64,000 bases of DNA from Octopus bimaculoides (Eukaryota). The notes below the pieces were generated by a model. It was not told the DNA's origin. It searched no databases and saw only the letters and a list, made by a program, of their open reading frames with translations. Below are positions 52,658 through 64,000 of this stretch, one piece after another; the stretch's first letter is position 1, and each line of letters starts with the position of its first letter. A program made the position numbers and the translations under genes. The stretch is taken from contig NC_068990.1 of assembly GCF_001194135.2 (NCBI RefSeq), positions 31,790,286-31,854,285 on the forward strand, written 5' to 3'.

Positions 52658-52759
52658 CACTACACATATTTCAATACAACATAGATCCACATAGACATAA
52701 AATTTAAATTAAGCAACGGTTTACCTGTATAATGGGACCCAGTTGTATCTCCTCAGGTG
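52658..52759 (-). ncRNA. Second, divergently oriented hammerhead copy (slightly decayed)
   Basis: Minus strand: CAC CUGAGGA GAUACAAC..GUUGUAUU GAAA UAUGUG UA GUG. G-U replaces G-C at the base of stem II. Confidence 0.6.
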
Positions 52760-52855
52760 ACATAAAACTACTGTTCTATTAGTAAACCTTTGACTTCAAT
52801 GCTAGCACATTACAGAAAACAAAAGATGAAGCTAGATGAAGGAACAACAGTACAT

Positions 52856-52956
52856 CACCTGAGGAGACACAACTGGATCCCATTATACAGGTAAACATTG
52901 CTTAATTTAAATCCTATGTCTATGTGGATCTATGTTGTATCGAAACACGTGTAGTG
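52856..52956 (+). ncRNA. Type I hammerhead ribozyme with extended stem II
   Basis: CAC(52856-58) CUGAGGA(52859-65) GACACAAC..GUUGUAUC(52934-41) GAAA(52942-45) CACGUG UA(52952-53) GUG. All core nucleotides present, G10.1-C11.1 pair, GUA cleavage triplet, palindromic helix III ACACGUGU. Confidence 0.75.
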
Positions 52957-55672
52957 TTTATTAAATAGCTGTCTAACTGTACTCCTTTTTGCTGACAAAA
53001 TTTTTATTCAATTATATATATATATATATATANNNNNNNNNNNNNNNNNNNNNNNNNNNNNNNNNNNNNNNNNNNNNNNNNNNNNNNNNNNNNNNNNNNN
53101 NNNNNNNNNNNNNNNNNNNNNNNNNNNNNNNNTAGCATTTCAGTGTTGATGGTCCTCATTTATTTCTTGTACTCACTACCAGCCACATGCTGAAATGAGA
53201 TTTGTCCCCGATGTGTAAGCATTCAATTTCATATATGAGAAATTCTTATTCAACCAGACAGCTATTCTCAATACCAGTGAATGTAGGGTAACATAATTGC
53301 ATTTTGATCTTACTGTGTTCAGCTGCTCTGCTAAGAGAGACCCACTTCATTAGGTAATAGTTACATTCTAAGACTGCCAGAATAATAACAAAATGTTTGT
53401 TTCATATGCTAGACACATTGGAGTAATACAAGCTTAATGCCAACCTTTGCTAGTTGGCTGTTATTATGTCCAACAGGAGGAATTTTCACATGTAGAAATT
53501 GTAGTGATCAAGTTGGTTGAGTGGAGAAAGTATGCATTATTGAGTGCATGTTGTTTAAAGTTAGAAGTAAAGGACACAACAAATATTGGGATGGATTTTC
53601 TCAGAGATGTACTACATACAGACCCACTTTAGTTGAGATATGATCAATAGAAAGATTCCACAAACTTGGTAGAGACTTTCTTGGTAAGGGAACAGAAGGG
53701 TAAGAGGTTTTGCAGACTTTCTAAAATACAACACCTTTATTTTTTGGTGAGTTATCTTGCAGACATTGGTTATCAGGCACAACAACAATAACAATAGCCA
53801 CAGCAGCAATAATATACTTTGAAATGTGAATAAGGAACTACTTAAAACTGGATGTATCCCACCTATACATTAAAATTGTAAGCAAAGAACAAATAGATTA
53901 TTTAAGAAATTGTTAAAATTTATGGGTATTTCCATACATGCACTTATGACAGCCACTATACATGTAGTGTTGATTAATGTCCTGACTTGTAGGTGCATAT
54001 ATATGCATATGTACATGTAGTGTGTAAAAGCACATAGCCTGGTGATTAGGGTGCTGCACACATGACTGCAAAATCAATTCCCGGTCAGCAATGCATTGTA
54101 TTCTTGAGCAAAACGCTTCACTTTACATTAATCCCAGGTCAATCATCTGAAAGTGAGTAATCCTGCATTTTATTCGGGGGAATGTTGGCTTGCCTGCCTA
54201 GCCAAAGGGGTGGCATCATTTGAAAGCTACAACAATGCAAGGAAGTGCATTGTGACCAGTTGTTTATAACAATATCTGATAGTCTGGTTAATACAGTGAT
54301 ACAGTGACATACAGTGTATCTGATTTTGCTGAATCTTAAGCAAGATGGCATTGAAAAAGTGAAAGTAAAAGAAAGAAGATAAGTAAAAAAGCTTGAGAAG
54401 CACTGTTCTAATTCATTGACATACAGTAGAGTCATAAACGCTCAGCAAAGGAGTTTGGACTTTAATTATAGATGAAGCTGTTAATCCCAACACATAATTT
54501 CAGATCAAATCACTTGTCAAAAAGATTAAGTAATTTATAAGTACTGTAGAGTGTTATATAAGTTATTCTTTTATGCTAATTGCCAAATATACTTTATATT
54601 ATTTATTTTGGTTATTGATTGATATATAATGGTCTAATTGAAAGAGAAAGCATAATTCTGATTTGCATCAAATCTAAGGAGATTAAACTCAAGTGAAATC
54701 AAAACCTTCAGTCATTTTGGTCACATGGGATATTATATAATTATTATCACATGCATACACACTTATAACATTCTTTGAGTATGAAAGTGTGAGAGTCCAT
54801 GTTTTTTATTTGGAATTTTGTTATAATTTTTATTTTCTTATATTTTGTTAGCTGAGGAAACCAGAAGGATGGCATTAGGTTTAAAGTTAAGAATAGCCAT
54901 TTTGCTATAGAGCAATTACTTGTAGTATTAGGAACCCAGTGTGCAATATTTTGCATTGGTGTTATCAATATATTGGGTCATCCCATAAATAATGTGTTTT
55001 TTTTTCAATTGCATGAATTAAAAATCGGAGGGGACAGGATAAACTACCTGCATCAACTTCCTATAAAAGCAGGTTATAATTTTACCTTATACTTATTCTT
55101 AGTGCACGTTTTGAAGAGTGCAGTGAGATTTTAACAGCTATTTTTTCAAAGTTATATTGGAAGTCACAAAAAAGCATATTCAGTATATTTTCCTTTTGGG
55201 TTCAATAAAGGCACAACGCAAAGAAAAGTGTAATATTAACGCAGTATATGGGAATTGGACAATAAGCATAAGCCAGTATCAACAGTGTATTACAGCTGTA
55301 GTTTTCTTTGAGTGAGTTGAGTGGGGTATCAGGTCAAGACCCTATTCCTCACTCCACTTCATCATCAGGAATGGGAACAAGAAACTTCAAGTTGTGACTC
55401 AAGCAAATTAAGCTTTGAATAAATGTCTTTCATTTCTAAAAGTACTTAGTCCTGTTAAGTGGGGTGAGATAACTTTTATTCAAAGCTGAATCTACATGCA
55501 TCTCTGCTTGGGATTTCTTTGTCTCATTCAACAATTGCCTGAAGATAACTACACTTTGATCTTAGCCAAAACTTTGAATAATGACTAATGCTACTTCAAC
55601 TATGAATAAAAGTGATGTTTCTACACCACCTGTCTTCGTCTTTTGTTTTGGTTTTTTTTTTGTGAATTCTCC

Positions 55673-55705
<33 letters not shown>

Positions 55706-56162
55706 NNNNNNNNNNNNNNNNNNNNNNNNNNNNNNNNNNNNNNNNNNNNNNNNNNNNNNNNNNNNNNNNNNNNNNNNNNNNNNNNNNNNNNNNNNNNNNN
55801 NNNNNNNNNNNNNNNNNNNNNNNNNNNNNNNNNNNNNNNNNNNNNNNNNNNNNNNNNNNNNNNNNNNNNNNNNNNNNNNNNNNNNNNNNNNNNNNNNNNN
55901 NNNNNNNNNNNNNNNNNNNNNNNNNNNNNNNNNNNNNNNNNNNNNNNNNNNNNNNNNNNNNNNNNNNNNNNNNNNNNNNNNNNNNNNNNNNNNNNNNNNN
56001 NNNNNNNNNNNNNNNNNNNNNNNNNNNNNNNNNNNNNNNNNNNNNNNNNNNNNNNNNNNNNNNNNNNNNNNNNNNNNNNNNNNNNNNNNNNNNNNNNNNN
56101 NNNNNNNNNNNNNNNNNNNNNNNNNNNNNNNNNNNNNNNNNNNNNNNNNNNNNNNNNNNNNN

Positions 56163-56222
<60 letters not shown>

Positions 56223-58301
56223 AATAAAGGGAGAGAGAGGGGGAGTGAGTGAGAGAAAAGAGGTTTCCTAATCCATGCTTTTAGTAGCACATGTTTAGCC
56301 TCTCTGTGAAAAGTGAATATTGTTAGTAAACTATATTTTACTTTCTGTAACCAGCAAATGGAGATCCACAAAACTAGGTTCAGCATTTCTTACTATTTCA
56401 TCAGATGTCATAATATATTTGTAGCAAATGGCTACCAAATTTCTGAGCCAGGATTTGAAACTAAATCCACAATTTCATACAAGTCATCAGCCTATTGTTC
56501 TAGCCTGTTGTACAAAAGGATTTATGAAAATGAACCGACCTCTTAATCATTTATGAGTCATACATGGGTCAAAACTGGTGAGGAGAAAAGATCCTTTGCT
56601 TGGCATGACCTAATTTAGTTCTGAAGAATATAAATGCATGAAGACAAATTACTTTCCCTTTTTGGTCAAGCAACCGCTAATCAGAGAGCATCTCTTCTTC
56701 CTTCTTTCAGTATGGATGGAGAAGTAACACCGTTATACATGAGACAAAACAACTATTGCTCTTTCTATCTGCCTATTTTTATAACTCTATCTTTCTATAG
56801 TACTCACTTGCAGATTGATTTTCTATCTGTACAACAGACCAGGGAACTGAAGACAATTTGTTTACTGCAATAACAAACAAGTTGTGTACACACAAACAAC
56901 TCAAAGAATTTATTTTATATATTGTAATGACAATAATGATATAAATAAAATTGCCATCTTAATAAACAATTTATGATCTTAAGTAACATATCGATGTTAC
57001 TTAGCCATTACAAATCGGTGATTTCATCATGACTCCATCGTTTTACATATACATACATACGGTTTAACATACATGTATGCATATATACCAGTCATGGGTA
57101 AACTGTGACCAGTGGGACTTTCTGAATGATATATTTAATGAAAAATCACCTTTAGTATTTTTAGTAGCGTGGCCAGCTCGATAATGAGACCATGTCTCAT
57201 GCAGCCCACTTCTACATAATGCTTGCCCATAACTGATACATAGAGTAATGAAACAGCGGCTTAGGCAACATTCAGCTGTTATCAATCCAAATAGAGAGCC
57301 AATTTTTGTTTGTTAAACCTTGGAGAAATAGTGGTCAAATCTCACTCAAATTGAACTTGCACTGTTTTAAACAATTTTGCATTCAGCTGCATTAGGTCTG
57401 GTTGTCCTAGATGTACAAAAAGATAGAATGGTGATAGTTGGAATGCCTGCTCAGTCAGGACTAACCTGGTTCATATTATCATCTAGTTTCCAATGAGGGA
57501 TTCTCAAAACCATGAGTGTGGGTTTCTTTAAAATCATTCCTAAAATTTACATGTATCCGTGCATCTAATCTTAAAAAATTCCCTTTGTTATCAATCATAG
57601 TCATTGTTATTTCCAGTGGCAGTTTGTACAGATACAAATACATACATACATACATGCGTACTTTCAGTTATGTGTATAGATAAAAGTGTATGTGTGTCCT
57701 GTAAGTTTTGATCATTTGCATAACAAGGAAAAGTGTATATATCAGGAGCTTCAACATAGATCATTGTATATATATGGTCAGACACAGATGAGATAAAAGG
57801 CATGATTGCATAATGTTTCTACATTGTTATGTAATTATTTTGGCCTTTTGATGAAATATGTGTATGTCTTATAAAGCTTTAAATATCACACTTGTTTTCT
57901 GCTTATTATATATATGAAGTATAAGGAAAGGCAAAAATTGTAGATGTAGACGATCTTTAATTCATAATCCAGCTTGGTACAGAACCAATATAAATTCTAC
58001 AAATTGTTTCGGAGTCTAAATAATTCCAAAGACAAAAATGAAAAACTCTTCTTGAAATAAAAATTAGATTCTTCTTCAGGAATTACATATTGGTATGAAT
58101 AATTACGACCGACAAAAATATACAAAGAGCATTCATAGCCCAGATGGGAACGAACAAATAATAATAGAATGAAAGATAACTAGAACGCCAGACAATTCAA
58201 AACCAGAAAAACATATATATAAAAAAAAAGAAAAGAAAAGAAACCATTCCAGTGTTTTATTAACATTACAATTCACAATATGTAAATATTTAGTAAAGAA
58301 T

Positions 58302-58711
58302 AAGTTGGAGTCAACAAGAAGGAGTACAGAGGACATTTATTTGTAATCATTATAATAGTTTCCATGCAACTTGGTTCTTCAGGTTTGCAGGTATTTGGTT
58401 ATGTAACCATTTCCCTGCATTATGAGTTCTAGCTGTGTTTCCTCAAGTGATCTATAAATATTGTTTCCATAAACTCAAATTCTCAGCTTTGTCGCAGGCC
58501 ATGACAGACAGATAGGAGGTGCTTGAAACCAAGAATTTGCATTTATAGAAACAATATTTATAGATCACTTGAGGAAACACAACTAGAACTCATAATGCAT
58601 GAAAACGGTTACATAACCAAATACCTACAAACTTGGAGAACTACGTTGCATGGAAATAATTGTAGTGATTACAAATAAATGTTCCTCTGTACTCCTTGTT
58701 GACTCCAACTT
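58302..58711. repeat. Long inverted repeat related to 52601-53013, with decayed hammerhead cores
   Basis: Arms of about 175 bp (58302-58480 / 58532-58711). Right arm: AUCAC UUGAGGA AACACAAC..GUUGCAUG GAAA UAAUUG UA GUGAU. Shares the downstream ctgtactcc motif. Confidence 0.85.
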
Positions 58712-59214
58712 GTTCAATTATCCATTCACACACTACTGAAGCCCCAATGCAAATCTGGCAATACCTATAATAATATTGCTGGATAGCACCGGTTGAAATC
58801 TGAACGTGGCCAGGCTTTATACTGTACTCTACTATGTTCTTAACAGAATATAACCTAACTATATATATATATATATATATATATTATGTTATTTAGTTTG
58901 GAACTTACCAATCATGGTTATCAGCTTGGTAACTCCCAGAATGTAATTGGATACCAGTGTACACTGTAGGGATACTAGATTTTTTTTTATTTTCTGGCAT
59001 ACAAGTTGAAATCTTCAGACCAAAATTTACAGCCAAAAAAGGAAGACTGACTTTTACACCAAGACGACTTTGGAGGACCAAAACCTTTCATGAGGAAAGC
59101 AGCAGAATTTATAAAAATAGTGATATGTTTGAATGTTTATACTACATGTTCTCACTATATAGTTAATCAGGTGATACACGAAGGAATCATACCAAATGAC
59201 TGGTGAAGCTATAT

Positions 59215-60005
59215 CCCCTTCTATTTTGTCAAAGGCTTTGAGTAATACATCTCTAAATCTCTATCCATTTGCAGGATCTTTAAGCTTCCAGACCCTTCAC
59301 CTCCAAGCTGGTCTTCTTCTGTGCATCCATTTAGCCCTGATCTCGAAGTCGCTAACTACTAATCTATGTTGAGGGGTACATTCTTCGCCTGGGAAGGTTT
59401 TGGCATTTATAAGCAGCCCTCTTTCTCTTTTTCTGGCGAGGATGTAGTCAATTTGGCTAGTGTGTCTGCCAGAACGGTAGGTGACTAGGTGACTGATAGG
59501 TTTCCTGAAGTTAGCATTGCAAACCATAAGATCATTTGTATTGCAGAACTACATCAGTCCGGTTCCCTCCTCATTGTGGGAGCCAAAGCCATAGCCTCCA
59601 TGTACGCCATGGAAGCCCCCTTTATGTTGTCCAACATGCCCATTGAAGTCACCAGCCACAAAGAGAAGGTCCCAGTCATTCGTCAACGAGATAGTCTGCA
59701 ATAGGGTGTCATAAAATTGGTCTTTCTGCCTATCTGGTAGCCCCAGTTGAGGGGCATAGGCCGAGATAATGGTTGCTAACCTATGGTGAAGCATTAATCT
59801 AATCTTAAGTACTCTGTCACATACTCTGACTACCTCGATTACCTTATTAACCCATTTCTCCGCAAGAAGTATACCCACGCCCCTGACCCCGTCAATGTTC
59901 CCTGCCCAGAAAATCTTGTACCTGTGTTCTTCGCCCGTGAGGAACATAGCAGAACCTCCTCTCCATCTTACTTCTTGGATGCAGAACAAATCTACCCATC
60001 TCCGT
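59215..60005 (-). mobile_element. RTE LINE 5' part (APE endonuclease)
   Basis: DLFCIQEVRW..GVGILL..ISAYAPQ..VAGDFNGHVG..NEEG / TYRSGRHTSQIDYIL..QHRLVVSDF. Confidence 0.92.
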
Positions 60006-60007
60006 TC

Positions 60008-60040
<33 letters not shown>

Positions 60041-60070
60041 TGTATGTATGTGCGTATTTTTATGTATATA

Positions 60071-60630
60071 GGCACAAAAGTGGCAGTGTAGTAAGAAGCT
60101 TGCTTTCTAACCACATGGTTCTGGGTTCAGTCCTACTGTGTGGCACTTTAGACAAGTGTCTTCTACTATAGCCTCAGGCCAACCAAAGCTTTGTGNNNNN
60201 NNNNNNNNNNNNNNNNNNNNNNNNNNNNNNNNNNNNNNNNNNNNNNNNNNNNNNNNNNNNNNNNNNNNNNNNNNNNNNNNNNNNNNNNNNNNNNNNNNNN
60301 NNNNNNNNNNNNNNNNNNNNNNNNNNNNNNNNNNNNNNNNNNNNNNNNNNNNNNNNNNNNNNNNNNNNNNNNNNNNNNNNNNNNNNNNNNNNNNNNNNNN
60401 NNNNNNNNNNNNNNNNNNNNNNNNNNNNNNNNNNNNNNNNNNNNNNNNNNNNNNNNNNNNNNNNNNNNNNNNNNNNNNNNNNNNNNNNNNNNNNNAGTGG
60501 TTCGGCAAATGAGACCGAGAGAATAAGTACTAGGCTTGCAAAGAATACGTCCTGGGGGCAATTTGTTTGACTAAAGGTGGTGCTCCAGCATGGCCACAGT
60601 CAAATACACTGAAACAAGTAAAAGAATAAA
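60071..60630 (+). mobile_element. SINE family A spanning an N gap
   Basis: Head and tail both match 62720-63126. Confidence 0.8.
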
Positions 60631-61485
60631 TGAATATAAACATATTCTTGGTTTTAAGTTTTTCTTGAAGAGTTCCGTTAAATGAATGAAAGTGCTAATA
60701 AAGAATTATCCAAAATTCTAACTGCCTCCTTTTTCTTAACATTCAATATCTGTACACCACCTCAAACACTATACATACCTATGTGTGTGTGTGTTTATAT
60801 ATATATATATATATATATATCTGTAAATAATATGCGACAATTATTTGGTAGCCATGATAAAACGCCAAGTTTCAGATGAATAATTGTCACATATTATTTA
60901 GAGATAAATTCCTCTATTTACATAATATCGAGGTCTCTTTCTTTCTTTTGTTGTCTTTTCTACCAATATATATATATATGGGAGAATTTACGAAAAATAC
61001 AACAGACGAAGACAGGTGGTGTAAACAACAAATGGATGTATTAGTTTAACGCTCGGGAATAGAGAAAGTCTTTGATGTTTTGAGCTACACTCTACAAGGT
61101 TTTTTTTATCCAGATTACACACACACACATTTATAATATGTGTCTATATGTGAACAATATGCTTTTTTAAAAAGATTTTATTGATATCTCCTCACAGTCA
61201 TGTAGGTTACTCAATTTCTTCATAATAATTGATATTTTCTAGTTTAGTACGTAAATCAGTTATTAAATCATTAAATGACCATTGTATTTGGATAAAGGTT
61301 GTTTTATCTTTAGTTTTGTTCTAACAAGCTTTTATCTAAGGCCTTATTTCCAGCACAGGCAGTTTAAAAAAAATTCATTCATTCATAGAAATGAAATTTA
61401 AAGCAAACAGGTCAAAGTCTCCAAATGTAGCTGTTTACTGTTATGAGAGTTACAGAGATAGAGATGTAGAGAAATAGAAAAATAA

Positions 61486-61526
<41 letters not shown>

Positions 61527-62298
61527 ATGATAAATTCTTCATACAGACATCACCTGTGAGTTGAGGTCATAGAAACATTTTGAGTTCATAGTCATACAGT
61601 TATATCTAGTAGCATACAAACTCTGTATTACTGACATCAAAATGATAAGGTTTTTATCAATGTTAATCAGGCAAGTGACAACACTCTAGAATAAGCTCCT
61701 AACAAACTAGATCTGCAGCAGTTTCAATTCTCACTTGCAGCCAAGATTTTATTTCATTCATGTCACTCTTGTAACTAATATGTCTCACAGACAATTAACA
61801 TGATTTTCTGGGCAACCACTCAAGGAGGCAGTAGTTTACGTTCTGTCCTCAGCACTTAATTTTGTTCACTATAAAAAAACTCAATTCTAATGATGAAAGT
61901 CTACCAAGCTTTAAGAAGATACCAGAGGATGCAGTTCTAGAATTTATAATTATTTTGTTAGTTTGTAATCTGAATTCAGTTTATGCTTCTCATACATATG
62001 TGGTGGTGGTGGTGGTGCTGCTGCTGATACTGGTGCTGGTTGTGTATATGTGTGTATGTGTCTGTCTCCTTGTCTTGAGATCACTCACTAGTAATGAATT
62101 GACTTCGCCATTTATACAAGTGTATTTATGCATTTGTTTGCATTTTTCCATGACATCCATGTCCAGACAAAAGGAAAATAAAATATTGTTGCTTCAAAAC
62201 ATTTGAGGGTTAGTGACAGGAAAAGCCATAGAATATATAATTTAACAAATCTCATCTGAGCCACTGGAAAATAGACAGTAAGCAAAGGTATATTTTTA

Positions 62299-62331
<33 letters not shown>

Positions 62332-62719
62332 GCATATGCTAATATCCAGCAGTGAGAATGAGTGATCAACACTGCCTTGGTGGATAAATATTCTTTATTT
62401 GTGATTAAACAAGCCAACTAATAGTTTCATACAAAGAGATCTTCACAATTGCTCAATTGAACCCCTTGGAAGTGATGGTATTTAAAGTGTAGCTGAGTAC
62501 CAACAGTTCCATGTGGATCACTTGGTAAACTGTGAAGATCTCTTTACATAAAATCATTGGTTGCCTTACTAACCCACAAACAAAGAAATATTTATATATA
62601 TATATTTTAATTTATGTATATATTAATATTACTTGTATATCTCCTGCTTTTGTGTATATATATTGAAAAATCAAGAGTGCATATAATTTTTTACTCTCAC
62701 TCGTGTATATATATATATA

Positions 62720-63126
62720 GGCGCAGGAGTGGCTGTGTGGTAAGTAGCTTGCTTACCAACCACATGGTTCCGGGTTCTGTCCCACTGCATGGCACCTTGG
62801 GCAAGTGTCTTCTACTATAGCCTCGGTCTGACCAAAGCCTTGTGAGTGGTTTTGGTAGATGGAAACTGAAAGCCCATTGTATATATGTATATATATATGT
62901 ATGTGTGTGTGTATATGTTTGTGTGTCTATGTTTGTCCCCCAACATCGCTTGACAACCGATGCTGGTGTGTTTACGTCCCCGTAACTTAGCGGTTTAGCA
63001 AAAGAGACTGAGAGAATAAGTACTAGGCTTACAAAGAATAAGTCCTGGGGTCGATTTGCTCGACTAAAGGTGGTGCTCTAGCATGGCCACAGTCAATTGA
63101 CTGAAATAAGTAAAAGAATAAAAGAG
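62720..63126 (+). mobile_element. tRNA-derived SINE family A, full length
   Basis: A-box-like tggctgtgtgg, B-box-like ggttccgggttc, CORE-like ggcaccttgggcaagtgtc, internal (TA/TG)n, tail aagtaaaagaataaaagag. Confidence 0.88.
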
Positions 63127-63414
63127 TATATATATATATATATATATAAGACCTTTGGCATTATGCCATGCTTGAGAAGAAGACCCATCAAGCCAAGTAA
63201 AATTATAGTTGTGGCAGATACTGATGTCACACAAATGGCACCCATGCTGGTGGCATGTAAAAGCATGCATTGGCATTAGGAAGGGCATCCAGCCACAGAA
63301 ATCATGCCAAATCAAACTAGAGTTTGATACAGCCTTCCCGCTTGCCAGCCCAGGTCAAACCATCCAACTCATGCCAGCATGGACAACAGATGTTAAATGA
63401 TGATGATGATGATG

Positions 63415-63472
<58 letters not shown>

Positions 63473-64000
63473 TACACACATGTATATACATATTGAGAAA
63501 AAGAGACATACATATAAGTATATTCACAGCTCTAAGAGTTAGGTTTACTATATATAGCATCAACACTCATATTAGAAAAGGATGGAGGCCAATACAAAAA
63601 TAGTATGACATCAGCTCAGGCTGAAGGAAACAACACAAGTGGTTACTTACAGCTTCCTGTAGCTACCATTAAACTTGACAAATAAATGTATGATAACTTC
63701 ATAATGAGTAGCATGGGTACTTAGAATATTTACAGTTTAGATTGGGGAACTAGCTATCACGTAAATACATGTCTGTTAGTAATTGCATGCATCACTTTAC
63801 ATGCAGCAATCCAATATGACCCTTTGCTCTTCTGGCTATATAGTAAAAACTTAAGCCTCTGTTATTGCTATTCTGCTTATGTCTCAGGTTATATAGAATT
63901 ATGGCTACTCACATCAGTCTGCTCAGTTTACAAAACAATAGTTTACTTCATATTTAGTTTACTGATAAGGAAGATCATGCATTGTGTGTGTGTGTGTGTG

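Larger units (their letters stand above)
52601..53013. repeat. Long inverted repeat of Penelope-type hammerhead-bearing units
   Basis: Arms of about 160 bp (52601-52760 / 52855-53013), about 94-nt spacer, flanked by (TA)n on both sides. Confidence 0.88.

Noticed and set aside
53447-53660. Cys-containing frame GGIFTCRNCSDQVG*VEKVC..KYWDGFSQRC as an exon or Sec read-through
   Set aside because: In-frame stop, no SECIS recognised, phase does not fit the candidate upstream exons, and no family match.
55562-56386. Long ORFs spanning N runs (also at 2590-3187, 21748-22273, 33538-34012, 50370-51051, 51966-52625, 60107-60570)
   Set aside because: Length is inflated by X residues from assembly gaps and by (TA)n/(CA)n repeats.
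60965-61100. Penelope-like end that may once have carried an antisense hammerhead (similar piece at 55610-55680)
   Set aside because: The core nucleotides are no longer present in this copy, so it cannot be supported as a ribozyme.

Overview
Eukaryotic, AT-rich, repeat-dense genomic DNA with many N gaps. The SINE, LINE and microsatellite content looks like a coleoid cephalopod, most likely an octopus (inference). One spliced protein-coding gene is well supported on the + strand: six coding exons over 12663-24280, 343 aa. It encodes a glucosidase II beta (PRKCSH)-like protein with an unusual layout: N-terminal signal anchor, G2B/LDLa-like domain, short linker and MRH domain. It has no EF-hand/acidic middle region and no HDEL. 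A probable first coding exon of a second, secreted-protein gene lies at 51091-51174. The rest is transposon debris: a Chapaev3-like element, two mariner relics, a non-autonomous Helitron, RTE, R4/Dong, Tx1 and CR1-like LINE fragments, several tRNA-derived SINE families, and Penelope-type terminal repeats. Several Penelope-type repeats carry minimal hammerhead ribozyme cores, and several form long inverted repeats. Most ORFs in the supplied track are spurious, arising from microsatellites, N runs or TE antisense frames. No prokaryote-type systems or CRISPR arrays were seen.
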